Assembly: GCA_963733095.1 (NCBI GenBank)
Contig: CAVTBV010000012.1
Coordinates: 96,001-160,000, forward strand
Reading direction: 5' to 3'
DNA: 64,000 nt
Source: Candidatus Bathyarchaeota archaeon
GTDB lineage: Archaea; Thermoproteota; Bathyarchaeia; Bathyarchaeales; Bathycorpusculaceae
Shown in pieces: positions 63,721-64,000 of the stretch. The first letter of the stretch is position 1; every line of letters begins with the position of its first letter. The translations under genes were made by a program, and so were the position numbers. The notes beneath the pieces are model-generated. The model was not told the origin of the DNA. It saw nothing but the letters and a program-made list of their open reading frames with translations, and searched no databases.

Positions 63721-64000
63721 ATGAATAGTAAAGATTTTTTGGATAAAGATGTGTTTATTGAAAACGAGAAAATTGGCAAAGTCAAAGAATTAGGAATAGA
63801 TACGGAAGATTGGAAAGTAACTCATCTTGAAATCGAATTGACCAAGGATATAGCTGAATCAGTTCTTGGCGCAAAGAAAGGTGGAGTGCGAAACATGTTG
63901 GCCGTTTCAGCCTTAGATAAAGGGGTTGCACGCTGGACGGACAAGGGTTTGCAGCTAAAAGTGTCAAAAGATCAACTTCACATGTACCTAAGGCCAGTAG
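63721..64000 (+). CDS. PRC-barrel domain protein, running off the window
   Basis: MNSKDFLDKDVFIENEKIGKVKELGIDTEDWKVTHLEIELTKDIAE. Confidence 0.8.
   Translation, partial: MNSKDFLDKDVFIENEKIGKVKELGIDTEDWKVTHLEIELTKDIAESVLGAKKGGVRNMLAVSALDKGVARWTDKGLQLKVSKDQLHMYLRPV

Overview
This is an archaeal chromosomal window, most consistent with Bathyarchaeia. That call is inferred from aIF5B, thermosome, uS2-enolase-MEMO1 synteny, an intron-bearing tRNA-Ser and SAMP/MoaD. Housekeeping blocks (0-5, 12-16 and 35-53 kb) are interrupted by three accessory regions. (1) A tRNA-Ser(GGA)-anchored islet cluster at about 5.8-12 kb, where katG sits directly on the stump of a monofunctional catalase next to a decayed Fur/PerR gene. 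(2) A roughly 15 kb putative integrative element (about 20.4-35.4 kb) pairing an atypical tyrosine recombinase with a compact protein-primed-like family B DNA polymerase, a divergent RHH/wHTH switch and AT-rich cargo (HEPN-like, EVE-TM, Zn fingers). No capsid, primase, helicase or Cas1 was recognised in it. (3) A small-protein region at about 53-64 kb in which a 24-bp imperfect palindrome (TGTTGCTGT-N6-ACAGTCACA) recurs seven times just upstream of TATA-like boxes, suggesting an undescribed general-stress-like regulon. A 110-nt hairpin RNA candidate with a K-loop-like apex lies at 5153-5262. Many small ORFs and pseudogene fragments missing from the ORF track were read by eye. All family calls come from motif recognition, not database searches.
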